A stretch of DNA of 64,000 bases from Bacteroidota bacterium (lineage in GTDB: Bacteria > Bacteroidota > Bacteroidia > Bacteroidales > UBA12077): NCBI GenBank assembly GCA_020444275.1, contig JAHLLG010000001.1, positions 583,773-647,772 on the forward strand. The letters are read 5' to 3'. This document shows, one piece after another, positions 7,508 through 17,294 of this stretch. The notes beneath the pieces were generated by a model, which saw only the letters and a program-made list of their open reading frames with translations, searched no databases and had not been told where the DNA came from. The position numbers and the translations under genes were made by a program. Numbering within the stretch: the first letter of the stretch is position 1; the number at the start of each line of letters is the position of its first letter.

Positions 7508-8764
7508 ATGATGAAAACAATCTTATTTATAATAGTTGTTATTTTTAGTTTTATTTCTGCTCAGAGTCAGGAAGTTTTTCAAGACAAAATCTTTAATAAA
7601 AACATTAAAACAGTTTTAATGTATCTCGGTGATGATGATATGTCTTTCCCGATTTGGGATTTGGGTAGTAGCAAGCAATTAACGCTCAGTTTTGATGAGT
7701 TAAATGCAAGCGTAAAGGATTATTACTATACTATAATTCACTGCAACTCGGATTGGACAAGATCAAACCTGGATCAAAGTGAGTATATCGAAGGATATTT
7801 TGAAGATCAGATTTCTGAGTATCAATCATCGTTTAATACCACTGTAGATTATACACATTATGAGCTAAAGATTCCGAATGATTATATGCGCCCGATGATA
7901 TCCGGGAATTACGTAATTGAAGTTTTTGATAGTTCAAATCCTGATAAGGCCATATTCAGAAAACGTTTTATGGTGGTTGAGCGAAAAACCAATATCGAAA
8001 TGAAAGTAAGCAACATGAATCAGGGAGCGTATTTTTATAATGATCAGGAACTGGAAATTGTCGTAGATTATTTCCAGAATGATTTTTATGATATCAGTCA
8101 AAATCTTGAAGTTCAGGTTTTAAAAAATTACAACTGGGTACAGCTACTTGTTCTAAAACAACCAAATATAATCAAGGATAATGAGTTTACCTTTAATGAT
8201 TTTTCAAAATTAAAATTTAAAGGTGGTAACGAGTTTCATCACTTTAATACAAAGGATATCCATTATAATGCCGAAAATATTAAGAACATTAGCTTTATGG
8301 ATAATCAGTATCATTTTCAATTAGTTGAGAATAAAGATCGAACATTTGATGATTATCAGTTTGTACCCGATATTAACGGGTTATATAAAATTGATGTATC
8401 ACAAAGTGATTATCCTGAAACAGAAGCCGATTATACATATGTTTATTTTACCTTAAATATGAATGTACCTTTACAGCAGGGTGAAATGTATGTTTGGGGA
8501 GCTTTAACCAATTATGAGTTTACCAACGATAATATGTTGCGATATAATTTCGAACAAAAAGCATACGAGGGACGTTTGCTTTTAAAGCAAGGATACTATA
8601 ATTTTCAGTATGTAACTTTGGAAAAAGGAAAGCCTGATTTTACATACATTGAAGGCAATCATGCACTGACAGAAAATAGCTATACTACATTGGTATATTA
8701 TCACGATTTTAGTGGTGGATATGATCGGTTAATCGGGCATACCGAAATTTCTACAAGAGAATAA
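7508..8764 (+). CDS. Secreted DUF5103 / type IX secretion plug-like domain protein
   Basis: Signal peptide, then ..IKTVLMY..FPIWDLGSSKQLTLSFDEL...YYYTIIHCNSDWT.S.L...EYI.G......Y..S.NT..DYTHY.L.IPN....SGNYVIEVF. I recall this as the DUF5103 N-terminal signature. Confidence 0.5.
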   Translation: MMKTILFIIVVIFSFISAQSQEVFQDKIFNKNIKTVLMYLGDDDMSFPIWDLGSSKQLTLSFDELNASVKDYYYTIIHCNSDWTRSNLDQSEYIEGYFEDQISEYQSSFNTTVDYTHYELKIPNDYMRPMISGNYVIEVFDSSNPDKAIFRKRFMVVERKTNIEMKVSNMNQGAYFYNDQELEIVVDYFQNDFYDISQNLEVQVLKNYNWVQLLVLKQPNIIKDNEFTFNDFSKLKFKGGNEFHHFNTKDIHYNAENIKNISFMDNQYHFQLVENKDRTFDDYQFVPDINGLYKIDVSQSDYPETEADYTYVYFTLNMNVPLQQGEMYVWGALTNYEFTNDNMLRYNFEQKAYEGRLLLKQGYYNFQYVTLEKGKPDFTYIEGNHALTENSYTTLVYYHDFSGGYDRLIGHTEISTRE

Positions 8765-8779
8765 TTAAAAATAAATATT

Positions 8780-9694
8780 ATGTTACAAGAAATTTTTACA
8801 AAAAACTTTTGGTCAAGTATTTTGGATAATTTAATGGAATGGTTTGTAAATGTTGCACCATCCATAATTTTACTGATTATTCTGATATTTATCTCCTTAA
8901 AGTTGTTAGGAGTTCTTATTCGTAGATTAAATAAAATCCTTATTAGCAGGGCAACAAAAAATGTTAGCGTGAATACATTGGAGGCTACCAAGCGAATAAA
9001 TACTTTACTGGGCATACTTAAAGGAATAGGTAATATTATTGTATGGACCATTTTTATAATGATTTTATTAAAAAAGTTGGGAATAGACATTGGACCAATT
9101 TTGGCTGGTGCCGGAATTCTAGGTTTGGCCATTGGTTTTGGGGCACAGGAGTTAGTTCGTGATTTTATTTCAGGATTTTTTATTTTACTGGAAAACCAGG
9201 TACGTGCCGGCGATGTAGCCATTATTAACGGAACCGGAGGACTTGTAGAAAAAATCGAAATGAGAACCATGACTTTACGTGACTTTTCAGGTGTAGTTCA
9301 CGTTTTCCAAAATGGTAAGATAAATACATTGTCGAATATGACAAAAGAGTGGTCGGCTATTGTATTCGATATTGGTGTAGCTTACAAAGAAGATATTGAT
9401 CGGGTTATTAAGATTATGCAACTGGTTGGCGAAAAAATGATCAACGAAGAGGAATATAAAGAGGTAATTACTGAGCCCCTCGAAATTTTTGGATTAGATA
9501 AATTTGGCGATAGTGCTATTGTAATAAAAGCTCGTTTAAAAACTATTCCGGGCGAACAATGGCGTTTGGGAAGAGAATATCGTAAACGACTAAAGGTTGC
9601 TTTCGATAAAGAAGGTATTGAAATTCCTTTCCCACATACAACAGTTTATTGGGGTGAGAAAATCGATCCGTTAAAATTGGATGTTAAGAAATAA
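8780..9694 (+). CDS. Small-conductance mechanosensitive channel (MscS family)
   Basis: N-terminal TM helices, GAGILGLAIGFGAQELVRDFISGFFILLENQVRAGD, then a beta-domain. Classic MscS core. Confidence 0.85.
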   Translation: MLQEIFTKNFWSSILDNLMEWFVNVAPSIILLIILIFISLKLLGVLIRRLNKILISRATKNVSVNTLEATKRINTLLGILKGIGNIIVWTIFIMILLKKLGIDIGPILAGAGILGLAIGFGAQELVRDFISGFFILLENQVRAGDVAIINGTGGLVEKIEMRTMTLRDFSGVVHVFQNGKINTLSNMTKEWSAIVFDIGVAYKEDIDRVIKIMQLVGEKMINEEEYKEVITEPLEIFGLDKFGDSAIVIKARLKTIPGEQWRLGREYRKRLKVAFDKEGIEIPFPHTTVYWGEKIDPLKLDVKK

Positions 9695-9703
9695 AGATAA
9701 GTG

Positions 9704-9740
9704 AAAACCCTGTCAGGGTTTTAAATCCTGACAGGGTTAT
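9704..9740. terminator. Bidirectional terminator between convergent genes
   Basis: AACCCTGTCAGG (9706-9717) pairs with CCTGACAGGGTT (9727-9738), a 12-bp stem with A/T runs on both sides. Confidence 0.6.
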
Positions 9741-9753
9741 ATTTAATTCATAC

Positions 9754-12270
9754 TTACAAATTCTTTTCCGGATACATATCATTCCATTGTTGAGGCTGAT
9801 CTTTTAACTTCATATCGAACCACGACATAATGGTGTAATGCCATTCAATTCTTTTATGATAATCTAAAATCCAGTGTTCCTGATTATCTACCAATACCAT
9901 TTCAACCTCTTTTCCTAAGATTTTTAAAGCTGCATAGTACTGTAAACTTTCACCAACGGGCACATTCGGATCTGTTGTTCCGTGTAATAACAATATGGAA
10001 TTATTAAATTTATCTGCATTATAAATCGGGCTGTTATCAACATAAATATCTTTCCTGTTCCACGGATAGCTGAATTTAGCAGCTCCGGTATTATAAGTAT
10101 ATCCCCAATAACCTTCGCCCCAGTAACTTGTTAACGAACTAATTCCGGCATGCGAAATGGCTGTTTTAAAAATATCTGTTCGGGTTTGCAATAACATGGT
10201 GGTATATCCACCGTACGATGCACCAATGCAGCCCATATTTTCAGCATCAGCTGTTGGATGCGATTCAAGGAATTTTTTGGTTCCTTCAATAATATCATCG
10301 GTTTGATCAAAACCCCAACCATTAACATGCAGTGCTGAGAAATCCTGACCAAAACCTGTTGCACCGCTTGGTTGTAAAACATAAACAATATATCCACCGG
10401 CGGTATATACATTAATTGGATATCTGCCACCAAAAGATCGCTCAATGGGCGATGTGCCGCCATAATAATTTACAATTACAGGATACTTTTTAGAAGCATC
10501 GTAATTTGGCGGATAGTATACCCGGCCATAAATTGTTGTACCGTTTTTATTGGTGAAATTCCATGGTTCAGTTTTGCCAAACTGGATATTTTTAAATCGC
10601 TCTTTTTCTGGGAAAGCTAAAACTGTATTTATTCCTTTTTTTAGATCAATCGAATACAATTTCTTTGGAGTAGAGATGCTTGTTCCGGTATATACAGCAA
10701 CAGGCTTATTATACGCAAAATCAATATCATCAAGAACTTCTACAAGTAAGTTCACTTTACTAAACGATTTGGATTTGAGATTATACTTGTAGAGGTTACC
10801 ATAATCTCTATCGATAACAGAAACATAAATCTCATTATCATTTGTCCAAAAAGCATCACTAATGGCAGGATCAAAGTTTTTAGTTATAGGTTCAACATTT
10901 TTTGAGGCCAAATCAAAAAGATACAACTGAGAATCATACTTGTTCGGAATTCTACCTTTGCTAACATTTACACCCAAATCTCCAAAACTTTCAGGTCCAC
11001 CCTGAACTAAAAGTTTTGTTCCATCTAGTGAATACTGACAATATCCATCATAAAGTTTATCTTCCCAAATGGTATTTATCTGGAACGTGTTGATATCCAA
11101 TTCATACAGATTCTGCTTGAAAAATGGAACTTCATTATAATCCGTTTTCGAGGTCGAGAATAAAATTTTACTTCCGTCAGGTTTAATATCGTGTAAATCG
11201 GCTGATAAATTACCTGCTGTAAGCTGAGTAATCAAACCGGTTTTTGCATCAATTTTGTGCAAGAACGATCGGTTTCTAAAGTAGGGTAAACGATCTTCGT
11301 TTCCATAAATCCTTTTTAGATCACCTGGTTTTGTTGCTGTAATATGATCAGTATAAATAATATACTCTTCAGTTGGCGACCAGGCATACGATGATAGATT
11401 TTCGATTTCTTTAGCAATGCTTGTTTCTGTTCCGGCTTCAATATCATAAACCAGGATTTCTGTTTTTCCTTCGAAATCTAACGAGTAAGATAAACGGTCG
11501 GTTCTTGGTAACCAGCTTACATGATCTATGTTCTTGCTTCGTAAAATTTCAACGTTCTTTTCTTCCTCCAGGTTATAAATAACACTATATTTTTTTGTTT
11601 TGCCACTTCCGGGCACAACCTCTTTGTAATCTATTAAAACGTACTTTCCAGAAGGTGAAATGCTGGCAGCAGAGACATTTTTACCTTCCAATACATCATG
11701 AATGGTAAAATACCTTGTCGCATCCAGACTGGTTTTTGGATTACAGTCTTCATATTCTCCTGCATATTCAAAATTGGCAGCAAGCTTAATTTGCTCATCA
11801 ATGGTAATTGCTTTAATAGTAATTCGATGGTTGCCTCTGTTAAGTTTAAGGTCAATTGCAGTTTTTTCTATATCAGAATTCGATTTTGATTTAAGTTTTT
11901 CGCCATCAACATAAACGTCATATAAGGCATTCAGTGTAAGGTTTAAAGTCCCTTTAGTCCATCGGTCGACCGACAAGTTGGTTTCAAGAAAAAATAGATT
12001 GTATGCCGTTGATTGCAGAAACACAATACTATCAGCACTTAATTTTATGGTATTCCAGCTAAGATTAGCAGTGGAAGCATCGAGCTGTGTAGAATTCATC
12101 AGATTTGATACTTCAAATTCTTTTCCATCGATATTCTTCGTATCAGCAAAAGCAGGCATCTTAATTTCAGGAGTATCTGAAATCTTCCAGCTATTAAGCT
12201 GAATAGAATTTTGAGCAATTGAGAACTGTGTTGCAATTCCCAAAATGAATAGGATAATAAGTTTTTTCAT
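9754..12270 (-). CDS. S9 family serine peptidase (prolyl oligopeptidase/DPP-like) with N-terminal beta-propeller region
   Basis: Signal peptide. C-terminal alpha/beta hydrolase with nucleophile elbow GASYGGY, then ..LLLHGTTDPNV.. and ..QEHWI.. (Asp/His). Confidence 0.85.
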   Translation of the reverse strand: MKKLIILFILGIATQFSIAQNSIQLNSWKISDTPEIKMPAFADTKNIDGKEFEVSNLMNSTQLDASTANLSWNTIKLSADSIVFLQSTAYNLFFLETNLSVDRWTKGTLNLTLNALYDVYVDGEKLKSKSNSDIEKTAIDLKLNRGNHRITIKAITIDEQIKLAANFEYAGEYEDCNPKTSLDATRYFTIHDVLEGKNVSAASISPSGKYVLIDYKEVVPGSGKTKKYSVIYNLEEEKNVEILRSKNIDHVSWLPRTDRLSYSLDFEGKTEILVYDIEAGTETSIAKEIENLSSYAWSPTEEYIIYTDHITATKPGDLKRIYGNEDRLPYFRNRSFLHKIDAKTGLITQLTAGNLSADLHDIKPDGSKILFSTSKTDYNEVPFFKQNLYELDINTFQINTIWEDKLYDGYCQYSLDGTKLLVQGGPESFGDLGVNVSKGRIPNKYDSQLYLFDLASKNVEPITKNFDPAISDAFWTNDNEIYVSVIDRDYGNLYKYNLKSKSFSKVNLLVEVLDDIDFAYNKPVAVYTGTSISTPKKLYSIDLKKGINTVLAFPEKERFKNIQFGKTEPWNFTNKNGTTIYGRVYYPPNYDASKKYPVIVNYYGGTSPIERSFGGRYPINVYTAGGYIVYVLQPSGATGFGQDFSALHVNGWGFDQTDDIIEGTKKFLESHPTADAENMGCIGASYGGYTTMLLQTRTDIFKTAISHAGISSLTSYWGEGYWGYTYNTGAAKFSYPWNRKDIYVDNSPIYNADKFNNSILLLHGTTDPNVPVGESLQYYAALKILGKEVEMVLVDNQEHWILDYHKRIEWHYTIMSWFDMKLKDQPQQWNDMYPEKNL

Positions 12271-12352
12271 TCGACTTTTATTTTGAGTTTAGCTTTTGAC
12301 CTGACACTTATTGTTACGTTTAATTAAGCTATAATTGATAAATATACATGAA

Positions 12353-12360
12353 CAAAGTTA
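12353..12360 (-). promoter_or_regulatory. Candidate Bacteroidota -7 box (TAACTTTG) upstream of the S9 peptidase gene
   Basis: The minus strand reads TAACTTTG, matching TAnnTTTG, about 83 nt upstream of the ATG at 12270. Motif match only. Confidence 0.25.
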
Positions 12361-12442
12361 ACATAAATTTAATTTGCGAATCACTGAATGTTTTGTTTTC
12401 CCGGTGCATATTTTTTAAATTGTATAGCTAAAACTGGAAAAT

Positions 12443-13015
12443 ATGAAAAGGCACTTTTTTACACTGATTGTTTTGCTTGTAATCTTTTTTGAAGGCTTAT
12501 CGCAAAATGTCGATAGTATTTTAATGAATGATATTCAGAAGGTTAATCAGAAGATGGATCGTGTAATTAATTCTCTTGAAATGAAAAATGAGGTGTTACT
12601 GAAAGAAAATAATAGCTTATTAGTATGGAATAAGCAATTAATGGAAAAGCTAAACCAAATTGAAAATCAAGCAGAAAAACAATATGCAGAAAACAAAACC
12701 ATCCTGATTGAAGAAAACCAGCAGTTAAAAAATGCAATTGGGAATGTAAATAAAAATATAAAGCCCAAATTTATTGCATTATATGTTTTATTAGGTGTTG
12801 CAATTCTTCTGATTTTATACTTACTTATTATTTTAAGAATTTCCAGAAGAGAATCTATAGAATACCTATTATCACAAACAGATGGGCTAAGCAAGCAAAA
12901 TCACGAGATTATTGAAAAGGCAAAAGACCTTAAAAAGATAAAGAAAAACCTAAAAGAGCTTATTAAGCAGCAAAAGGCTGAGAAGAGCAAGAAAAAGAAG
13001 AAAAAGAAAAAGTAA
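12443..13015 (+). CDS. Hypothetical signal-peptide / coiled-coil / single-TM protein with poly-Lys C-terminus
   Basis: N-terminal signal-like helix, heptad-rich middle, TM helix FIALYVLLGVAILLILYLLIIL, tail ..KSKKKKKKKK. Confidence 0.45.
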   Translation: MKRHFFTLIVLLVIFFEGLSQNVDSILMNDIQKVNQKMDRVINSLEMKNEVLLKENNSLLVWNKQLMEKLNQIENQAEKQYAENKTILIEENQQLKNAIGNVNKNIKPKFIALYVLLGVAILLILYLLIILRISRRESIEYLLSQTDGLSKQNHEIIEKAKDLKKIKKNLKELIKQQKAEKSKKKKKKKK

Positions 13016-13016
13016 T

Positions 13017-13745
13017 CTACTGGTTGTTTGTTAGTTTATGTAATACCTTGTCTTTATAACTGCGACTTATAGGGATTTCATGTTTACCAATTCCAATGGT
13101 TTCATTAGTAAATGAGTCAACTGACTTTAATGAAATAATAAATGATCGGTGTGTTCTAATGAAATCTTTTTGAGGCAGTTTAGCTTCAATGTTTGAAATG
13201 GTTTCTCTTGTGATAACTGTATTATCTGTAAGATGGATTTTTATGTAATCACTTAAACTTTCAATGTAAGTAATTTCATCAAAATTAATTTTGATCATTT
13301 TTCGGTCTGATCGTACAAAAAAGTGATCATTTTTTTCAGGAATTATCTTATCGGGAATGCTATTTACAACAGTGGTTTCATTAAAGTACTTATTCATTGC
13401 CTGTAGCAACCGGTCGAACGATATAGGCTTTAGTAAATAATCAACAGCTTGCAGATCAAAGCCATCCACTGCATATTCTCTGTAAGCTGTAGTAAAAATA
13501 ATTTTGATATTAGTGTTAATTGATCTGGCAAAAGATAAGCCGGAAATTTCAGGCATATTAATATCCAAAAAAATGAGATCCACATGCTCTGCATTGATTT
13601 TATTAAACGCTTCGACAGCATTCTTACAGCTTCCCACAACCATTACAGAGTTAATTTTATGTAAATGATTTTCGAGAATTTCCCGTGCTGTTGGTTCATC
13701 ATCAACAATTAAGCAGTGTATTGTTTTAGTCATTTTTAATGACAT
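13017..13745 (-). CDS. LytR/AlgR (LytTR DNA-binding) family response regulator
   Basis: REC domain (LIVDDE.., DLIFLDINMP, LLKPI) plus a C-terminal LytTR-like region (..I.YIES..DYIKIH...RSFIISL). Confidence 0.9.
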   Translation of the reverse strand: MSLKMTKTIHCLIVDDEPTAREILENHLHKINSVMVVGSCKNAVEAFNKINAEHVDLIFLDINMPEISGLSFARSINTNIKIIFTTAYREYAVDGFDLQAVDYLLKPISFDRLLQAMNKYFNETTVVNSIPDKIIPEKNDHFFVRSDRKMIKINFDEITYIESLSDYIKIHLTDNTVITRETISNIEAKLPQKDFIRTHRSFIISLKSVDSFTNETIGIGKHEIPISRSYKDKVLHKLTNNQ

Positions 13746-14793
13746 TTAAGTTAGAAATCAGCAGGTTTACCGAATACCAGTTGTTTGTTGTATCATAAGT
13801 CAGCTTGTAATGATCACTATAATTTAAATCGAGTCTCTTTTTTATATTTTCCAATCCAATTCCTGGTTCTTGATTTTGGTTTTCCTTGTTAAAGGTGTTT
13901 CGAATGGTAAAATCCAGACTATTATCAGAAATTTTTATATGAATCTCGATTGATAAAAATTCATCGATAATATTGCCGTGTTTAAATGCATTTTCTACAA
14001 ACGGAATTAAAAGCATTGGAGCCACCTGAATATCATCTCTAATTTCATCTGCATTAAAAACAACTTTTAGTGTATCTTGAAAACGTATTCTTTCTAGTTC
14101 TATGTATTCTTCAATATGTAAAACTTCTTCTTTTAGGCTTACACGCGGTTTGTTGATTTGATATAAGATATAATCCAATAAATTGGAAAGCTTTAGAATA
14201 ATATCCGGAGTTTGCTTCGCTTGTTTCAATGCAAATCCATAAATGGTATTGAGTGTATTGAATAAAAAATGTGGATGAATTTGTCTTTTCAAGTAATGCA
14301 ATTCCTGCTCTTTTAATTGCAATTGCGTTTCCAGGATTTTGTTTTGCAGCTCTTTATTTCTCGAAATGGTTTTAAAATTCTGATTTAGAATACTAATGAA
14401 ACTTACCAAACCAACCACCAAATAAACCATGATTAGTATAAAAACAAAGTTCTTACTCATAGGCGGCATAATGCCAATATCCAAACTTAACAGGAATATC
14501 AGGCAACCGTAAATAATCATTACAATTAAATACGATGAAGCAACCAGTGTATAAAAACTGAATAACGCAAATCGAAGATATTGCTTGGTTAGAAGGTATT
14601 TTGGAATAAGAAAATAAACCACAAAATAAGTAGTTGCTATTGTAAGGGGTAATAACAAACTGGCAAACCAAACAGGATATTCAATGTTCTCAGAGTTGTA
14701 ATTAAAAAAATAGATAAAGAAAAACCACACAGCAATCCATAATAATACATGCATTACGGCAGTTCCGATTTTTTTATTCTTCACCAACTTCAT
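13726..14793 (-). CDS. LytS-type sensor histidine kinase
   Basis: Multi-TM N-terminus, then LKRQIHPHFLFNTLNTIY (His_kinase/LytS H-box) and an ATPase region. Overlaps the regulator gene by 20 nt. Confidence 0.85.
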   Translation of the reverse strand: MKLVKNKKIGTAVMHVLLWIAVWFFFIYFFNYNSENIEYPVWFASLLLPLTIATTYFVVYFLIPKYLLTKQYLRFALFSFYTLVASSYLIVMIIYGCLIFLLSLDIGIMPPMSKNFVFILIMVYLVVGLVSFISILNQNFKTISRNKELQNKILETQLQLKEQELHYLKRQIHPHFLFNTLNTIYGFALKQAKQTPDIILKLSNLLDYILYQINKPRVSLKEEVLHIEEYIELERIRFQDTLKVVFNADEIRDDIQVAPMLLIPFVENAFKHGNIIDEFLSIEIHIKISDNSLDFTIRNTFNKENQNQEPGIGLENIKKRLDLNYSDHYKLTYDTTNNWYSVNLLISNLNVIKND

Positions 14794-14901
14794 AAAAACA
14801 ATATTACATAAAATCGTTGAATCAACCTTTATTTATAGATGAATAACCGGATTAAAGTCTTTTTCTACAAAATAAGGGTAGTAAATTTCATTTCGTAACT
14901 T

Positions 14902-14909
14902 TATATTTG
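14902..14909 (+). promoter_or_regulatory. Candidate -7 box TATATTTG
   Basis: Matches TAnnTTTG about 99 nt upstream of the ATG at 15008. Motif match only. Confidence 0.25.
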
Positions 14910-15007
14910 TTGAAAAGCGACTTGATTTTATCATTCGTCGCAAATAAAAAAATGCAGTTCATATTCTTCATACATTTGATTTAGTATTAATTAAAAACGA
15001 AAACATT

Positions 15008-15379
15008 ATGAATCTTTTCACACAAATTATTGACAAATGTAACGAAGGAGGACCTTTCTTCACGTATCCGATTTTAATTGTACTTTTTATTATTATAGGG
15101 ATTTTTATTTATGATCTACTAAAGAAAAAAGATTACAGTAAAACAATTTCATTAATTTCTCACCTGGGTTGGTTTGCCGTTGCCTGGGGATTCTGGGGTC
15201 GGACCATAGGATTAATTGCCGCATTTGACAGTATTGAAGCTCATGGTGAAATAACCATAGGAGCATTGGCTTCGGGATTAAAAATTGCTTTACTCGATCC
15301 TGTTTTCGGAATTTTTGTATTCATTGTTGCACGAATTGGAATCATTGCACTTACCCTCATGCAAAGAAAAGAACAGTAG
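15008..15379 (+). CDS. Short MotA/TolQ/ExbB-like proton-channel family membrane protein
   Basis: 123 aa. ..WGFWGRTIGLIAAFDSI...GEITIGALASGLKIALLDPVFGIFVFIVA resembles the G..GTv.Gmi.aF..i...g......la.Gi..AL.tT..Gl core of MotA/ExbB. No ExbD/TonB gene nearby. Confidence 0.45.
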   Translation: MNLFTQIIDKCNEGGPFFTYPILIVLFIIIGIFIYDLLKKKDYSKTISLISHLGWFAVAWGFWGRTIGLIAAFDSIEAHGEITIGALASGLKIALLDPVFGIFVFIVARIGIIALTLMQRKEQ

Positions 15380-15382
15380 ATT

Positions 15383-15568
15383 TTATTGCATCGCTTTCGT
15401 TTTCCTGTTTTTCAAAACACTGTGAATTATTACACCTGAAAGGATGAAGGTTGCACCAACCAATTCTTTCGGGTTTAATGTTTCATTTATAATAAAATAT
15501 CCAAAAAGAGCAGCAAAAACCGATTCAAGAGAAAAAATAATAGCTACTTTTAAAAGCTGACCATAAAT
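15383..15568 (-). pseudogene. Remnant of the 3' end of an EamA/DMT transporter gene (duplicate of the 3' end of 16449-17294)
   Basis: 15408-15547 aligns without gaps to 16456-16595, about 122/140 identical by hand. Minus-strand frame reads ..LKVAIIFSLESVFAALFGYFIINETLKPKELVGATFILSGVIIHSVLKNRKTKAMQ*. An in-frame stop lies just upstream and there is no start codon. Confidence 0.6.
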
Positions 15569-15688
15569 TTATATAATCCTTGGTTGTTTAGCTAAATACC
15601 TAAGAACTCAGAAGCATTAACGTATAATAATAACCGGGTTTGACCAGCCATATTTCAATGGTTTTTATAGTATGTATTTGATCTGAGA

Positions 15689-16345
15689 TTATATCTTCAT
15701 CGCATTCGAGATTTCATCACTATTGAAAATATCTTCCATTTTAGCTTTAAAGAATTTACGGGTTTCTTGTTTTAAATAATCCCAGGCTTTTTTCTTCGAA
15801 AAACCCATATTCTCTTTTTCTGTATAGTCTGATTCTTCGGCAATTAGAACACCTTCTGCATCATAAACTTGAAGTACAAAATCATACTTAATATCTGCAT
15901 ATCCTCCATAACCATCAGATTGCCATTCTTTTAATGTGAGAATTACAATGAGGTCAGCATTTAATTTTTGACAATTATCCAGGACTTCTTCCGGAGTTTG
16001 CTCAATTTTTGTTTTAACAACTTTTGTATCGAATCCTTTTAGTTTAAAAGAGTTACTAAATACTTCACTCATTACGTCAGCAAGCGGTTGCTTTGATGTC
16101 GTGCTAGTGGGGTAAGCCATTCCAACAGCATTTCTAAGATAACCTGCAAAATCAGGAATCCTGGTTCCATCAAGGATGTATGGTCTTTGATCGTGAGTTG
16201 CAAATGCTATTGAATTATTTCCTGTTGCTACAATATCTAATACTATATCATTGTATTTAAATCCTTTTTCTTTAGCAGCAATAGCACTATTTAGAGGATA
16301 AATAAGAATCAACGCAAGAATTATGGCAAAAGATTTTCTTTTCAT
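15689..16345 (-). CDS. Hypothetical secreted protein
   Basis: ORF runs to 16405, but the signal peptide MKRKSFAIILALILIYPLNSAIA begins at the internal Met (16345). I recognise no family. Confidence 0.5.
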   Translation of the reverse strand: MKRKSFAIILALILIYPLNSAIAAKEKGFKYNDIVLDIVATGNNSIAFATHDQRPYILDGTRIPDFAGYLRNAVGMAYPTSTTSKQPLADVMSEVFSNSFKLKGFDTKVVKTKIEQTPEEVLDNCQKLNADLIVILTLKEWQSDGYGGYADIKYDFVLQVYDAEGVLIAEESDYTEKENMGFSKKKAWDYLKQETRKFFKAKMEDIFNSDEISNAMKI

Positions 16346-16448
16346 AGCATTGTAATTTAGGTGATTAGAAATTGAATTTAGTAAATTTAAAAGAAATATC
16401 TTCAAATGTCAACAAGGGTGTGTGATTTAAAGAATATCTTAGAGGATA

Positions 16449-17294
16449 TTATTTATTTTTCAAAACACTATGTACTATTACACCTGAAAGGATAAAGGTT
16501 GCGCCAACCAGTTCTTTCGGGTTTAATGTTTCATTAATTATGAAATAACCAAAAAGGGCAGCGAAGACAGGTTCAAGGGAAAATATAATAGCAACTTTCA
16601 GAGAGGAAACATACTTCTGCACCCAAACCATTACGAAATAGCAAAACAGAGTGCCGATCAATCCAAGGTAAAGTAAACTACTCCATGCTTTTGTGCTAAT
16701 TAGTATAGGTTCATTATTAGTTATGAGGAAAGCAGCCAAACTAACAACAGATGCCCCAAAAAACTGATATGTAACAAGAGTAACTGTATCTGTTTTTTTT
16801 ACAAACTTTCCCGCTATCACAACATGAAAAGCATAAGACACAGCCGTTATTATCGTTATCATATCACCGATATTCATACGGGTTTCAAAATCATAAGTTA
16901 GTAAGAATAGTCCCGAAAATACAATTGTTACAGCAAGAATATCTATTTTGAGCAGCTTTGCTTTAAAAAAGAGAAATAAAATAAAAGGTACTATAATTAC
17001 AGCGGAGCTTGTTATAAATGCACTATGTCCTGTGCTGGTATATTTTAAACCGATAGTTTGTGCGCCATAAGTTATTGCTAATAATAGTCCAATGGTTAAT
17101 CCATAAATAAAAGCCGTTTTGTTCATTAACTCTTTACGATTTCTAAAAAGTTGATAGATCAACATTACCAGAAAAGCCTGAAATGATCTTATGAATACAA
17201 TCAAATATTCATTAACCGTCGATACAGTGTCTTTTATAATAAAAAATGTCGATCCCCAAACAATAGTAACCAGTACAAGCCAAAATGTTTTCAT
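16449..17294 (-). CDS. EamA/DMT superfamily transporter
   Basis: 281 aa, 10 predicted TM helices in two EamA-like halves. Its start shares one base with the pgeF stop (TAATG). Confidence 0.85.
   Translation of the reverse strand: MKTFWLVLVTIVWGSTFFIIKDTVSTVNEYLIVFIRSFQAFLVMLIYQLFRNRKELMNKTAFIYGLTIGLLLAITYGAQTIGLKYTSTGHSAFITSSAVIIVPFILFLFFKAKLLKIDILAVTIVFSGLFLLTYDFETRMNIGDMITIITAVSYAFHVVIAGKFVKKTDTVTLVTYQFFGASVVSLAAFLITNNEPILISTKAWSSLLYLGLIGTLFCYFVMVWVQKYVSSLKVAIIFSLEPVFAALFGYFIINETLNPKELVGATFILSGVIVHSVLKNK

Noticed and set aside
8701-9270. 189-aa ORF antisense to the MscS gene, with similar antisense ORFs at 56146-56598, 43392-43721, 10131-10463, 3243-3530, 1021-1296 and 40261-40530.
   Set aside because: Each lies wholly inside, or mostly overlaps, a confidently recognised gene on the other strand. 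Their products are low-complexity and Ile/Phe/Ser-rich with no recognisable motifs, typical shadow ORFs of AT-rich DNA.
12967-13015. AAG/AAA-rich run that looks like a microsatellite.
   Set aside because: It is in frame and encodes the poly-Lys C-terminal tail of the 12443-13015 ORF. It is not an exact tandem repeat, and I see no evidence of slippage.
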